Shown here: in pieces, positions 10,827 through 20,198 of the stretch
Position numbering within the stretch: position 1 is the first letter of the stretch
Layout: each line of letters opens with the position of its first letter
DNA from: Candidatus Dojkabacteria bacterium
GTDB taxonomy: Bacteria; Patescibacteriota; Dojkabacteria; B142; JAFGFJ01
Reading direction: 5' to 3'
DNA length: 64,000 bases
Assembly: GCA_016931155.1 (NCBI GenBank)
Contig: JAFGFJ010000006.1
Location: forward strand, 77,115 to 141,114
Translations under genes and position numbers: made by a program
Notes under the pieces: model-generated
What the model was told of the DNA's origin: nothing
Seen by the model: the letters and a program-made list of their open reading frames with translations, nothing else
The model's database searches: none

Positions 10827-11492
10827 TTACCCCTCTATTTTATACCCAATTCCATAAACTGTTTTAATTAATTTTTTCTTAAATCCGTCGTCAACTTTTT
10901 TTCTGAGATACCTTATATATACATCCACAATGTTGAGATATCTTTCACTATCCATTCCCCACACTTTTTCAAAAAGAGAATCTCTGCCTACGGTAGTATT
11001 TCTGTTTTTTACAAGACAAAAAAGCAATCCAAACTCCTTTCCTGATAGTTTTACCTTTTGTTTTGCCCTTCTTACTTCTCTTTTACATATGTCCAAAATA
11101 AGGTTATCTATGCGAATAGTTTCAATGTAAAAAGCTGGTGGTCTTCTTAGAAGTGAATCAATATGGGCTTTGAGTTCTCCAGAATCTATACCTATGTCGA
11201 CAACTTCATCAGCACCCAGATTTAATATTTCAATTTTTTCTTTTCTATTTTGTTTTTCAAGAATGGCGAGAACTGGTTGTCCGACACCATCCTTGCGAAG
11301 CCTGCGGCATACAAGAACTTTGTCTCCGTTTAGTGAGGAGTCAAGAATAATGAGATCAAAATTACAGTATTTAACAAGAGATATCTGCTCCTTGGAAATT
11401 TTTCTAAGCTCATATTGCTCAGATGGGATCAAGTTAATTATTTTGCTGGGTTGAGGCGCAGGTGAGTCCTGAATAACTAAGATTTTGTTCAT
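10827..11492 (-). CDS. OmpR/PhoB-family winged-helix response regulator with an atypical receiver domain
   Basis: C-terminal wHTH (LSGKEFGLLFCLVKNRNTTVGRDSLFEKVWG...YIRYLRKKVDD...TVYGIGYKI). The receiver keeps the phospho-Asp context (FDLIILDSSL). The N-terminal acidic pair reduces to QDS, and the canonical Thr and Lys positions are not evident. Confidence 0.7.
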   Translation of the reverse strand: MNKILVIQDSPAPQPSKIINLIPSEQYELRKISKEQISLVKYCNFDLIILDSSLNGDKVLVCRRLRKDGVGQPVLAILEKQNRKEKIEILNLGADEVVDIGIDSGELKAHIDSLLRRPPAFYIETIRIDNLILDICKREVRRAKQKVKLSGKEFGLLFCLVKNRNTTVGRDSLFEKVWGMDSERYLNIVDVYIRYLRKKVDDGFKKKLIKTVYGIGYKIEG

Positions 11493-11509
11493 GGGGGGTT
11501 AAATAAAAA

Positions 11510-12898
11510 TTAAACGTCAATAGGGGGAGAATCTGGCGGGGCGGTAGTATTTGATGCTGGTGGGAGTGGATCATATAACTTTTCGTCTTTCCTTTCTGGT
11601 GCTTCCACCGACGCAATACTGGAAGTAATAGTTGATTTTTCTGCAATTTGAATCTGAGACTCATTATTGGCGGGTGTTTTCTGGTTTTGGAAATCGGTAT
11701 TATCTATATCTACTTGCTCAAAAACTTTTTTCCCTTCAGGAAGTATTGTTGCCTTTTCTCTTTCTGTTGAGAAATTTTCAGAAACTTTTGCTGATTCACT
11801 TCTTCTTAAGCCGGAATTATCTATTCCTCTTATTTCATTAATAAGCTGAATCTTTGCGTTTTCAATAGTATTTGGGATAGTAAAAATTGCTTGTTGTGAA
11901 GAACCTGTTGACCCGAATGCAGCAGCAATTCTGGAAGCTTTTATTCCTTTTTGATTTGATCTGAGGTCACAATGCACTTTCCTTTCTTCTATTTCAATTA
12001 GAACAAAAGCCAGTTTTGTATTTTCCAGATAAGAAATCAGGTTAATTTGAGGAAATGTTATTTCGCTCGTTTTTAAGCTATTAAGCATGTTCTTTCTAAT
12101 TAGTGACCAGGCGATCCCATCGGGAGATACTTCTACATTTCTCAAAATTTCTGCCAGCAATCTTATTTGTACCAGGTTTAGTGTTTGATAAACCTGCTTC
12201 AATGCAATAGATACATCACCGTTTAGGTTTATTAGATCTGTACATACCTGAAAAGTTGAGGATTTATTAAAACCTATTTGAAAGCTCTTTGTTTTCCAGA
12301 AAATACCAGAAAGCAGGTCGGTTGCTTCTTTTCCTCCGACCTCTATCCCCTCTTCCAGCAAAAAATTGAAAGCGATCTCTGAAACTGATGAAGCCTCAGG
12401 TTTTACATATGTGTTATTGCCATAGTTTGCGTTATGGGAAGACGTGTCAATATTTATTAACGGTACGGACTCAAACAAATCTATATTCCCGGCGTAGATC
12501 TCTTCAAGGTCTTCAAGCTTTTCTATGCCAATCAAAATAATTTTCTCGTAGTTGGTTCCTCCTGATCTGACACTTGCTTTTCGATCTAATCTCCCGTTTT
12601 CTGCCGATAAATATAGATTAATTTCGCCATCTTTTTCTTCCCATTTAATATCCTTTACTTTTGCGTCAATGCTTTTTAGTTTGACCACAAAGCCTTGAGG
12701 TTCCACCTCTGTTGTAAACCTTATGTCCTTAAACGGGAATATTTTTTCAAGGTGAGTCGGAATATTTTTCTTATTAAAAAGCACTTCAACTCTTGTTTTT
12801 CCCTTTGCGGAAATTGTTCTCGAAATGCTGAATACAGCGGCGAGAACGTCCGGATCAAGGTTTTGGGTTGGAATTATTAGTACTTTTTTCTCAAGCAT
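11510..12898 (-). CDS. DHH/DHHA1 (NrnA-like) phosphoesterase-fold protein with a degenerate active site and a Pro-rich C-terminal tail
   Basis: It aligns to the NrnA layout (LIIPTQNLDPDVLAA...IDTSSHNANYGNNTYVKPEASSVSEIAFNFLLEEG). The DHH motif is replaced by TSSH. The GGGH motif of DHHA1 is absent. The tail reads PLPPASNTTAPPDSPPIDV. Confidence 0.55.
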   Translation of the reverse strand: MLEKKVLIIPTQNLDPDVLAAVFSISRTISAKGKTRVEVLFNKKNIPTHLEKIFPFKDIRFTTEVEPQGFVVKLKSIDAKVKDIKWEEKDGEINLYLSAENGRLDRKASVRSGGTNYEKIILIGIEKLEDLEEIYAGNIDLFESVPLINIDTSSHNANYGNNTYVKPEASSVSEIAFNFLLEEGIEVGGKEATDLLSGIFWKTKSFQIGFNKSSTFQVCTDLINLNGDVSIALKQVYQTLNLVQIRLLAEILRNVEVSPDGIAWSLIRKNMLNSLKTSEITFPQINLISYLENTKLAFVLIEIEERKVHCDLRSNQKGIKASRIAAAFGSTGSSQQAIFTIPNTIENAKIQLINEIRGIDNSGLRRSESAKVSENFSTEREKATILPEGKKVFEQVDIDNTDFQNQKTPANNESQIQIAEKSTITSSIASVEAPERKDEKLYDPLPPASNTTAPPDSPPIDV

Positions 12899-13100
12899 TT
12901 ATGGGTAAAAGAAATATATGAATGCAAAGGCATAAAAAAGCCCCGGATGGGACAGTAACTGGATTCTAGCAGAAAGGATATTGTAAATACAATGTTTTTG
13001 AAAACAAGAAAGAAAAGCATAATCTTGTGTAGACTATGGGTTATGTATTTGTTATAATCTTCTCATTCCTCTGCCTGCGCTTTTCCAGAAACTTATATTA

Positions 13101-13763
13101 ATGTCAGAAATGAGAAAACTTAATATTTCGCTTATATCTTTTGTCGTTGCCCTTTCCCTGATTGCAGTGCAGGTAGGCTATGGTATTGCGAAGGAAGGTT
13201 TGCAGGAAAGGGTTCTCGCTACAAGCGTACAGGATAGATCTTTGGATGAATCAGTATTAGATGAAGGTAAAGTTGCTGCCCAGTCCGGCAGAGTAACATT
13301 GATCCCAGAGGAAAATGGTGAAGTAAGAGAACTAACAAGCAAAGATTTTATTATTGAAATTTCGAAAATTGGACTCAGGAAAGAAGTTGAACCAAATGTC
13401 GATCCTAGAGACAAAAGTATTTACGGTCCGGTAATTGAACAGAAAGTCGCGCATGGAATGTTTACAAAGTTTCCGGATCAGACTGTAAATGAAAAGTCAG
13501 GCAATGTATATCTCTATGCACATAGGGATGGAGAAAGCGGTTTTTTTGGAGGACTTGGAGAATTGGAGAATGGAGATGTAATCAACCTGTATTTTCTTGG
13601 GAAGAATTATGTTTACAAGGTAAGTACATCTTTTATTGTCAGTCCTAGTGCCGCACACATTTATACCGGACAATCTCCTGCGCCCGCTCTTACACTTCAG
13701 ACATGCCACAATGGAATTCAAGAGAGGCTTATTGTGAAAGCGGATTTGGTGGAGGTAATCTAG
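13101..13763 (+). CDS. Sortase (class A-like transpeptidase)
   Basis: N-terminal TM anchor. Catalytic His in LYAHRD. The segment GDVINLYFLGKNYVYKV is also present. TLxTC Cys motif LTLQTCH. Arg in RLIVKADLVEV. Each matches a SrtA signature. Confidence 0.8.
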   Translation: MSEMRKLNISLISFVVALSLIAVQVGYGIAKEGLQERVLATSVQDRSLDESVLDEGKVAAQSGRVTLIPEENGEVRELTSKDFIIEISKIGLRKEVEPNVDPRDKSIYGPVIEQKVAHGMFTKFPDQTVNEKSGNVYLYAHRDGESGFFGGLGELENGDVINLYFLGKNYVYKVSTSFIVSPSAAHIYTGQSPAPALTLQTCHNGIQERLIVKADLVEVI

Positions 13764-13832
13764 TGAGTATCACTTATTAAAGCAAGCAACTCTTTGTGAT
13801 ATTATCCATGGAATAACTATTAATTCAATTTC

Positions 13833-15089
13833 ATGAAATTTGACATCAAAAACACTAAACTTGCCCCGGAAGGAAAGAGAAGAATCGAGTGGGCTGAAAA
13901 GGACATGCCTGTTCTTCGCTCAATTAAAGAGAGATTTCAAAAAGAAAAGCCCTTAAGAGGACTCACTATTGGAACGTGTCTTCATGTGACAACAGAGACG
14001 GCCAATCTTCTTATTACTCTAAAAGCAGGAGGAGCTTCTGCCTCAATTTGTGCATCAAATCCTCTGTCAACTCAGGATGATGTTGCTGCTTCTCTTGTAA
14101 AGGATTTTGGTATCGCTGTTTTTGCAATTAAGGGTGAAGATAACAAAATATATTACAAACATATTAATGCAGTGCTTGATATGAAACTTCACTACACAAT
14201 GGATGACGGAGCTGATCTGGTTTCTGTAATTCATACAAAGAGAAAAGATTTGATAAAAAATATTATTGCGGGGGGCGAGGAAACGACTACAGGTGTTATA
14301 AGATTAAAGGCTTTGGAAAAAGAGAAAAGACTCCTCTACCCTATTCTTGCCGCAAATGAAGCAATGACAAAACACTTTTTTGACAACCGTTATGGTACCG
14401 GTCAGTCAACATTAGATGGAATAGTGCGGGCAACGAACAGACTGCTTGCAGGTTCGAATTTTGTTGTTGCAGGATACGGATGGTGCGGAAGAGGGCTTGC
14501 AACGAGAGCGAGAGGAATGGGTGCGAAGGTAATTGTTACCGAGGTGGATCCGGTAAAGGCACTTGAAGCTGTAATGGATGGTTTTGATGTCAAACCTATG
14601 CGGGAAGCGGCAAAGATTGCTGATTTTATATGTACTGTAACCGGGGATATTAATGTTGTTGATGTGGAAGATTTTAGGGTTATCAAAGACAGCTGTATTA
14701 TCTCGAATTCAGGACATTTTGATGTCGAAATCAACTTGAATGCTCTTCAAAAGCTTTCAAAATCAAAAAGAATAGTAAGAAATTTTGTAGAAGAATATAC
14801 AATGAAGAGCGGTAGAAAGATCTTTGTTCTTGCCGAAGGAAGATTGATAAATCTTGCTTCAGCAGAAGGACATCCGGCGTCTGTTATGGACATGAGTTTC
14901 GCAAATCAAGCACTGGGTGCTGAGTATATGATAAAAAATAGAAATAAGCTGGAGAAAAGAGTTTATGTTATCCCTGAAGTTATTGACAGAAATATCGCGG
15001 AGCTAAAACTCAAGGCATTTGGAATAAAAATTGACAAACTTACTGCTGAACAGAGGAAATATTTATCAAGCTGGGAGATTGGAACATAG
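13833..15089 (+). CDS. ahcY: Adenosylhomocysteinase (S-adenosyl-L-homocysteine hydrolase)
   Basis: [15 protein letters not shown] motif and NAD-binding [29 protein letters not shown]. Size 418 aa. Confidence 0.85.
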   Translation: MKFDIKNTKLAPEGKRRIEWAEKDMPVLRSIKERFQKEKPLRGLTIGTCLHVTTETANLLITLKAGGASASICASNPLSTQDDVAASLVKDFGIAVFAIKGEDNKIYYKHINAVLDMKLHYTMDDGADLVSVIHTKRKDLIKNIIAGGEETTTGVIRLKALEKEKRLLYPILAANEAMTKHFFDNRYGTGQSTLDGIVRATNRLLAGSNFVVAGYGWCGRGLATRARGMGAKVIVTEVDPVKALEAVMDGFDVKPMREAAKIADFICTVTGDINVVDVEDFRVIKDSCIISNSGHFDVEINLNALQKLSKSKRIVRNFVEEYTMKSGRKIFVLAEGRLINLASAEGHPASVMDMSFANQALGAEYMIKNRNKLEKRVYVIPEVIDRNIAELKLKAFGIKIDKLTAEQRKYLSSWEIGT

Positions 15090-15181
15090 TATGAAATTAT
15101 TTGCATAATGGTCAGAATGCAGTCTATTTAGGATCAGACCAGGAACTATTACTGGTGAATGGAGATGTGGAATATGAAAGC

Positions 15182-16189
15182 TTATTTCTTGCGGCTTTCT
15201 ACCCTGTTTAAAAAACCCAGCGAGTCTAATCTGTCCTGGAATTCATCTTCTGTAAATGAGTAAGTCTGCCCTGAGTAGCATTCAACGCAAAATGAGCCTA
15301 TTACAGCGCCATATTTAGCTGCCTGTTCTATCTGCTCACCTTTTAATATTCCATGGATTAATCCAGCCCTATAAGCATCTCCTGCTCCTGTTGTTTCTAT
15401 TACTTTTTTCGGCTTTGCCGCCTGGATAAACACATTTTCGTCTTTTGTGTGTATTATAGAGCCTTCTTCACCTTTTGTTTCTATTACCATGTCAGGCCCG
15501 GAATTTAGTACTGCTGGAATATCCAGTCCAAAATTATTCCTAAGTGAGGCGATTTCAATATCGTTTGAAATTACCATGTTGCTGAGTCCCAGGCATTGGG
15601 TCATTTGCTCTTTTGTAAAAAGATTTAGAATCCGGCTTGGATCAAAAATCGAAATTGCATCTTTTCTTTTCTTTTTGTTGAATTCAAGCAAATGATTAAG
15701 CGTGCTTGCTGGAGTCCCGGGCGAAAAGATAGCAACTTTGATAGAGTCAAAATCTTTTTCTGTAATAGTTGTATCAAGTCCTACTTCGTTTATCAGGTCG
15801 TAATAAACATTTGGCTGCCAGATTACTATCTGCTGATGTTTTTTATCGGATATTTGGTATGCGTGTGCAGTGAAGCTCCCTTTTTCTCCCCTGATTACTC
15901 TTGGCTCAACGTTGTGTTTTTTCAAGCGCTCTTCAAAGTTGGGGTAAAAATCATCTCCAACAACAGAAAATAGGAAAGTCGAATTATTGAGAAGTCCCAT
16001 CCCGTAAGCAATGTTTGCTGCTGTACCACCATAGTATTGTGTTCTTCCGTTTGCAATTAGCGTGATATTAATACTTCTAAGTGCACTGCCGCTTAGGGGA
16101 AACTCATCACGCATATTTCCTTCCACTGAAAATATTATGTCAAAAGCAACTGAACCAACAATGAGAGCCCTATCTTTGTTTGTTTCCAT
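15182..16189 (-). CDS. PfkB-family carbohydrate/nucleoside kinase (adenosine-kinase-like)
   Basis: C-terminal TTGAGDAYRAGLIHG anion-hole motif. It sits convergent to ahcY, which fits adenosine salvage, but the substrate is not determinable from the sequence. Confidence 0.65.
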   Translation of the reverse strand: METNKDRALIVGSVAFDIIFSVEGNMRDEFPLSGSALRSINITLIANGRTQYYGGTAANIAYGMGLLNNSTFLFSVVGDDFYPNFEERLKKHNVEPRVIRGEKGSFTAHAYQISDKKHQQIVIWQPNVYYDLINEVGLDTTITEKDFDSIKVAIFSPGTPASTLNHLLEFNKKKRKDAISIFDPSRILNLFTKEQMTQCLGLSNMVISNDIEIASLRNNFGLDIPAVLNSGPDMVIETKGEEGSIIHTKDENVFIQAAKPKKVIETTGAGDAYRAGLIHGILKGEQIEQAAKYGAVIGSFCVECYSGQTYSFTEDEFQDRLDSLGFLNRVESRKK

Positions 16190-16272
16190 AAGTAATACCT
16201 TTATTGAACCATCAAAGCTGATTGTATCCCAATTTTAATATTTTTTTAATCTTTCTCTGCTAAAACTCTTTC

Positions 16273-17799
16273 ATGATTGGAAAAGTATATGCGGCAACCC
16301 TTATTGGTCTTGAAGGTCAAATTGTAGAAGTTGAGGTGGATATTAGAAGAGGGCTCCAGAAGTTTGAAATCGTTGGGCTTCCCGGAAAAGCTGTCAGAGA
16401 GGCCAAAGAAAGGGTAATTTCAGCTATAAAAAATTCGGGATTTGTCTTTCCATCTGCTCACATAGCGGTAAATCTTGCTCCAGCAAATATCCCGAAAAAT
16501 TCCTCAGCTTTTGATCTGCCTATTGCTGTCGCAATACTTATTGCGACAAGACAAATTGCTCCATTAAGTTCTGATTCTATTGTGGTGGGAGAGCTTTCTC
16601 TTGAGGGATTTGTCAGACATGTTCCAGGAATTCTTCCGATTGTCGATTCAGTAAGAAAATTTGGCTTTAAAAAAATCTTCCTCCCTCATTCAAATTTTGC
16701 TGAAGCTGGAGTGATAAAAAACGTACAAATTTTTAGTATCAAAAGTGTCTTGTATTTCAGCGCAAAGCACTGTAAAACCTTACGTAGTAAGAGATTACGG
16801 ACATCAAATTGTTCTCAAAACTTGTACATTTCTCATGAAATGAAAAATAACTTTTCTGAAGTTAGTGGACAGAGACTTACAAAAAGAGCATTGGAAATTG
16901 CGGCGGCAGGAGGTCATAATTTATTGATGGTCGGATCCCCGGGAGCAGGAAAAACTATGCTGGCGAAAAGAGTGCCGTCAATTCTTCCTGTTATGACAAG
17001 CGAAGAAAGTATAGAAGTAACAAAGATTTACAGTGTGTCCAATTTACTGCCGAAAGGGGTGGATCTTATCAGAAATAGACCGTTTAGAAATCCGCATTAT
17101 GAAATTTCTCATTCTGCTCTTGTCGGTGGCGGAATCAATCCAAAACCTGGGGAAATATCACTTTCACATAGAGGAGTACTTTTTTTAGATGAGTTTGCTC
17201 AGTTTAGTAGTCAGACATTGGAGCTACTAAGGCAACCCATGGAAGAAAAAATTATTACCGTATCAAGAGTTCTTGGAAGTGTTACTTACCCGGCCAATTT
17301 TATGCTCATTGCTGCCATGAATCCATGTAAATGCGGATTTCGTGGTGATCCGGACAAAGAGTGTAAATGCAGTGCAATGGAAATTGAAAAATATTCGAGA
17401 AAACTCAGTGGACCAATTCTGGATAGAATTGACCTTCAGATTTATGTTCCAAAAGTAAGTTTCAGGAGTCTTTCATCAAAGCAAGAAGAAGAAACGAGTG
17501 AGCAGATTGCAGAAAGAGTGCAAAATGCCAGAGTGATTCAGACTGATAGACTAAAAATTTCAGGGAAAATATCTAATGCAGATATGGATCCTGCAGGTAT
17601 TAGAAAGTGGGTCAGGGTAGATCTTAAAACGAACTCACTTCTGGAATCGGCAATGACGAAGCTCAATCTATCAGCAAGGTCATATTTCAGGATTTTGAGG
17701 GTTTCCAGAACTATCGCTGATCTTTCTGGAAATCTGAATATAAAACAGGATCACGTTGCAGAAGCCTTAAGCTACAGGATGGGAGTAAATGGTCAGTAA
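16273..17799 (+). CDS. comM: YifB/ComM-family Mg-chelatase-like AAA+ ATPase
   Basis: N-terminal Lon-like domain. Walker A motif LMVGSPGAGKTMLAKR and Walker B motif VLFLDEF. C-terminal ChlI-like region. Confidence 0.85.
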   Translation: MIGKVYAATLIGLEGQIVEVEVDIRRGLQKFEIVGLPGKAVREAKERVISAIKNSGFVFPSAHIAVNLAPANIPKNSSAFDLPIAVAILIATRQIAPLSSDSIVVGELSLEGFVRHVPGILPIVDSVRKFGFKKIFLPHSNFAEAGVIKNVQIFSIKSVLYFSAKHCKTLRSKRLRTSNCSQNLYISHEMKNNFSEVSGQRLTKRALEIAAAGGHNLLMVGSPGAGKTMLAKRVPSILPVMTSEESIEVTKIYSVSNLLPKGVDLIRNRPFRNPHYEISHSALVGGGINPKPGEISLSHRGVLFLDEFAQFSSQTLELLRQPMEEKIITVSRVLGSVTYPANFMLIAAMNPCKCGFRGDPDKECKCSAMEIEKYSRKLSGPILDRIDLQIYVPKVSFRSLSSKQEEETSEQIAERVQNARVIQTDRLKISGKISNADMDPAGIRKWVRVDLKTNSLLESAMTKLNLSARSYFRILRVSRTIADLSGNLNIKQDHVAEALSYRMGVNGQ

Positions 17800-17967
17800 A
17801 TATTTGTGGCCGGCAGTCAAGGAATCGGGACGACAAAATGCGAAGTAAATGGAAGGGTATAAACTGAATATTTGTGGTTGTAGGGCAGAAACCAGGAACT
17901 GAGAGTCTACGAACTTCGTCCGCTGGTTTAAGGTCGGTTATACTAATAACTGAACAGGCTTGATGTT

Positions 17968-18552
17968 TTATAAAGCTGGCGGATAATCATTGTGGACTTT
18001 CATGTATTCATCCAGTTTCTTACTTGTCCATATGTTGTCAGGATTATTTATGTGGGAGAGAAACAAAGTACCATCTAGGTGGTCAATTTCATGCTGGACT
18101 ATGTGAGACATAAAATCCCTGCCGTGATATTCTTTCTCCTTCCCTTCTCTATTTGTGTATCTAATTTTGACCTCCCTTTTTCTTTTTACTGGACCAAAGA
18201 GTGCTTTTTGACCTACTCCTACACTCAGGCACCCTTCCCAGAATACTGATTCTTCTTCGCTAAGAAAAAGAACCCTAGGGTTGATAATTACTTCCCAAAT
18301 TACCTTTTTGTCATCTTCATTTTTTTGTAAGTCAAACCTTCTGGCAACGATAATGTTCAGATTCTCGCCGATCTGTGGGGCGGAAATACCTGCAGATTTT
18401 TCCACTTCTGAGTAGGCGGTTTCAATAAGATTATCAATTAAGCTTTGAATTTTCTTTTCCTCCAGTTTCTTGATATCCAGCTCTAATGATTTTTTCTCAA
18501 GGACAGGATCTCCTATTTGAAGTATTTTTTTTATCATAGTGGATTTTAACAT
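17968..18552 (-). CDS. def: Peptide deformylase
   Basis: All three signature motifs are present: GISAPQIG, EGCLS and HEIDHLDG. Confidence 0.9.
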   Translation of the reverse strand: MLKSTMIKKILQIGDPVLEKKSLELDIKKLEEKKIQSLIDNLIETAYSEVEKSAGISAPQIGENLNIIVARRFDLQKNEDDKKVIWEVIINPRVLFLSEEESVFWEGCLSVGVGQKALFGPVKRKREVKIRYTNREGKEKEYHGRDFMSHIVQHEIDHLDGTLFLSHINNPDNIWTSKKLDEYMKVHNDYPPAL

Positions 18553-18882
18553 AATAACCCTGGAATATTTCCTGTTTTTTTGAGATTTAAAACACCTTAC
18601 ATATTCGTCACTGTATTAGTTTGGCAATACACTAATACTTTAAAGCGTATATAAAGGTCTTTTAGTTAGCTCTTTTGCAGCTAATATCTATGTGGCTTTG
18701 TTATATTATTTGAAAATCTTTTTTCAAAATAATTGTGGAAATCCTTGCTGGACAAACACTGCTTGACTTTCAGGGAATTTTTACTTAGGCTTTTATAGGT
18801 GAATTGCTTAATTCACTGTGATTTTAGCAATATTTCTCTACCCATAGTAAGGGTAAATCCAAACAAAAGGAGGTGAATTATT

Positions 18883-19155
18883 ATGAACAAAGGTACATTG
18901 ATCGACCACATCGCTGGTAAAACCGGTCTAACCAAGAAAGCTGTTTCTGATGTTCTGGAAGGCTTCATGGATGCTGTTATGTCTTCTGTAAAGAAGGGTG
19001 ACAGTGTAACTCTTACAGGCTTTGGAACTTACAAGGCAAGCAAGAGACAGGCTAGAACAGGTAGAAATCCTCAAACAGGAGCTACCATCAAGATCCCTGC
19101 AAGGACTGTTCCAGTCTTTAGAGCAGGAAAAGAATTCAAGTCAATGGTTGCATAA
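18883..19155 (+). CDS. hup: Nucleoid-associated DNA-binding protein HU
   Basis: MNKGTLIDHIAGKTGLTKKAVSDVLEGF...RTGRNPQTGATIKIPARTVPVFRAGKEFK. Preceded by a strong SD sequence aaaggaggtg. Confidence 0.9.
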   Translation: MNKGTLIDHIAGKTGLTKKAVSDVLEGFMDAVMSSVKKGDSVTLTGFGTYKASKRQARTGRNPQTGATIKIPARTVPVFRAGKEFKSMVA

Positions 19156-19174
19156 GAGTGCAAGGAATTCTGTA

Positions 19175-19221
19175 AAATCCGCTCTCCGGAGTTTCGAAAG
19201 AAACAAAAGGGGCGGATTTTT
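19175..19221 (+). terminator. Candidate hup terminator: outer stem aaatccgc / gcggattt enclosing a gtttc-gaaa-gaaac hairpin, followed by ttttta
   Basis: Seen in the sequence 20 nt after the hup stop codon. Confidence 0.5.
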
Positions 19222-19387
19222 ATATAATAGAAACAATGAAATCATAATGATTATCAATTAGAAGGGGAGATGAGACATCTAAGATCGTTTTCAATGGATC
19301 AGGATTACAGGGTGATTTATTGGAAAAGAGATAATGATTTTTTTTATTGATGTAGGAACTCATGGGGAAGTTTACTATTAGTCACAA

Positions 19388-19990
19388 TTAAACATTAAAA
19401 GTTTTTTCTAGTTCATTTTTACTAGTCCCTCCTTCCCTGTAAATTTTTATCTCATTCTTTGTCACCTCAGCTACTGTTGAAGCTTTTCCTGAAGACTCGT
19501 AATTTCCCGCAAGAATTCCCGCAATTTGTGCAAGTATTTCTGCGGGAATTTCTTCTAATTTTATAATACTTGGCTCTGCTGAAATATTGATAGATGTTGC
19601 TGCTAAGGGTTTTCCAAACTCTTCGATTAGTTTTTTTGTCGCATTATTTGCGGGAATTCTTGCTCCAATTTTTCCCGCAGAATTTTCAAGTATTTGCGGT
19701 AATTTGCCTTTTGAGTTTAAAACTAATGTAAGAGCACCCGGCCAGAATTTTTTAGCAAGCTTGAGTTCATCATGATTGATAGAAAGATATTCTTTTACCT
19801 GTTTAATAGAAGAAAAGAGAAGGGGAAGTGTTTTTGATTTGTCTCTTTTTTTTGTTTTATAGATTTTTTGAATCGCTCTTTGGTTTACAGCATCAATAGC
19901 AAGACCTGGAATAGTATCGGTCGGAACGACAATAATCTCTCCCTGTTCCAGACATTCAATAGCTTTTTCGAATTCAAGAAAGTTTTCCAT
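19388..19990 (-). CDS. tsaC: L-threonylcarbamoyladenylate synthase (YrdC/Sua5 domain)
   Basis: YrdC-type fold motifs IIVVPTDTIPGLAIDAVNQRAIQKIY...KTLPLL and AATSINISAEPS. Confidence 0.75.
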   Translation of the reverse strand: MENFLEFEKAIECLEQGEIIVVPTDTIPGLAIDAVNQRAIQKIYKTKKRDKSKTLPLLFSSIKQVKEYLSINHDELKLAKKFWPGALTLVLNSKGKLPQILENSAGKIGARIPANNATKKLIEEFGKPLAATSINISAEPSIIKLEEIPAEILAQIAGILAGNYESSGKASTVAEVTKNEIKIYREGGTSKNELEKTFNV

Positions 19991-20198
19991 GGGTGATTAT
20001 ATCATCGCAAAGGAGCTAATTTATCAACCTACAGGATGATCGAGTTGCCTGGTAATTTCTAACCCGAACCTGTCTAGTAGCAATAGTTACCAGAGTGTCA
20101 GTTACAAGGGTGTCTTTTTCTAATCACGCAAAACGATGACTATTTTCTCCAGTGATCATGCGAGAGTTAATCAAAAAAACAATTTTCGGTGAATATAT

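Noticed and set aside
17925-17935. Shared 10-mer aacttcgtcc between the 17.9 kb intergenic region and the 27-bp direct repeat
   Set aside because: A single 10-nt match in 64 kb is within chance expectation. It is not evidence of a repeat family.
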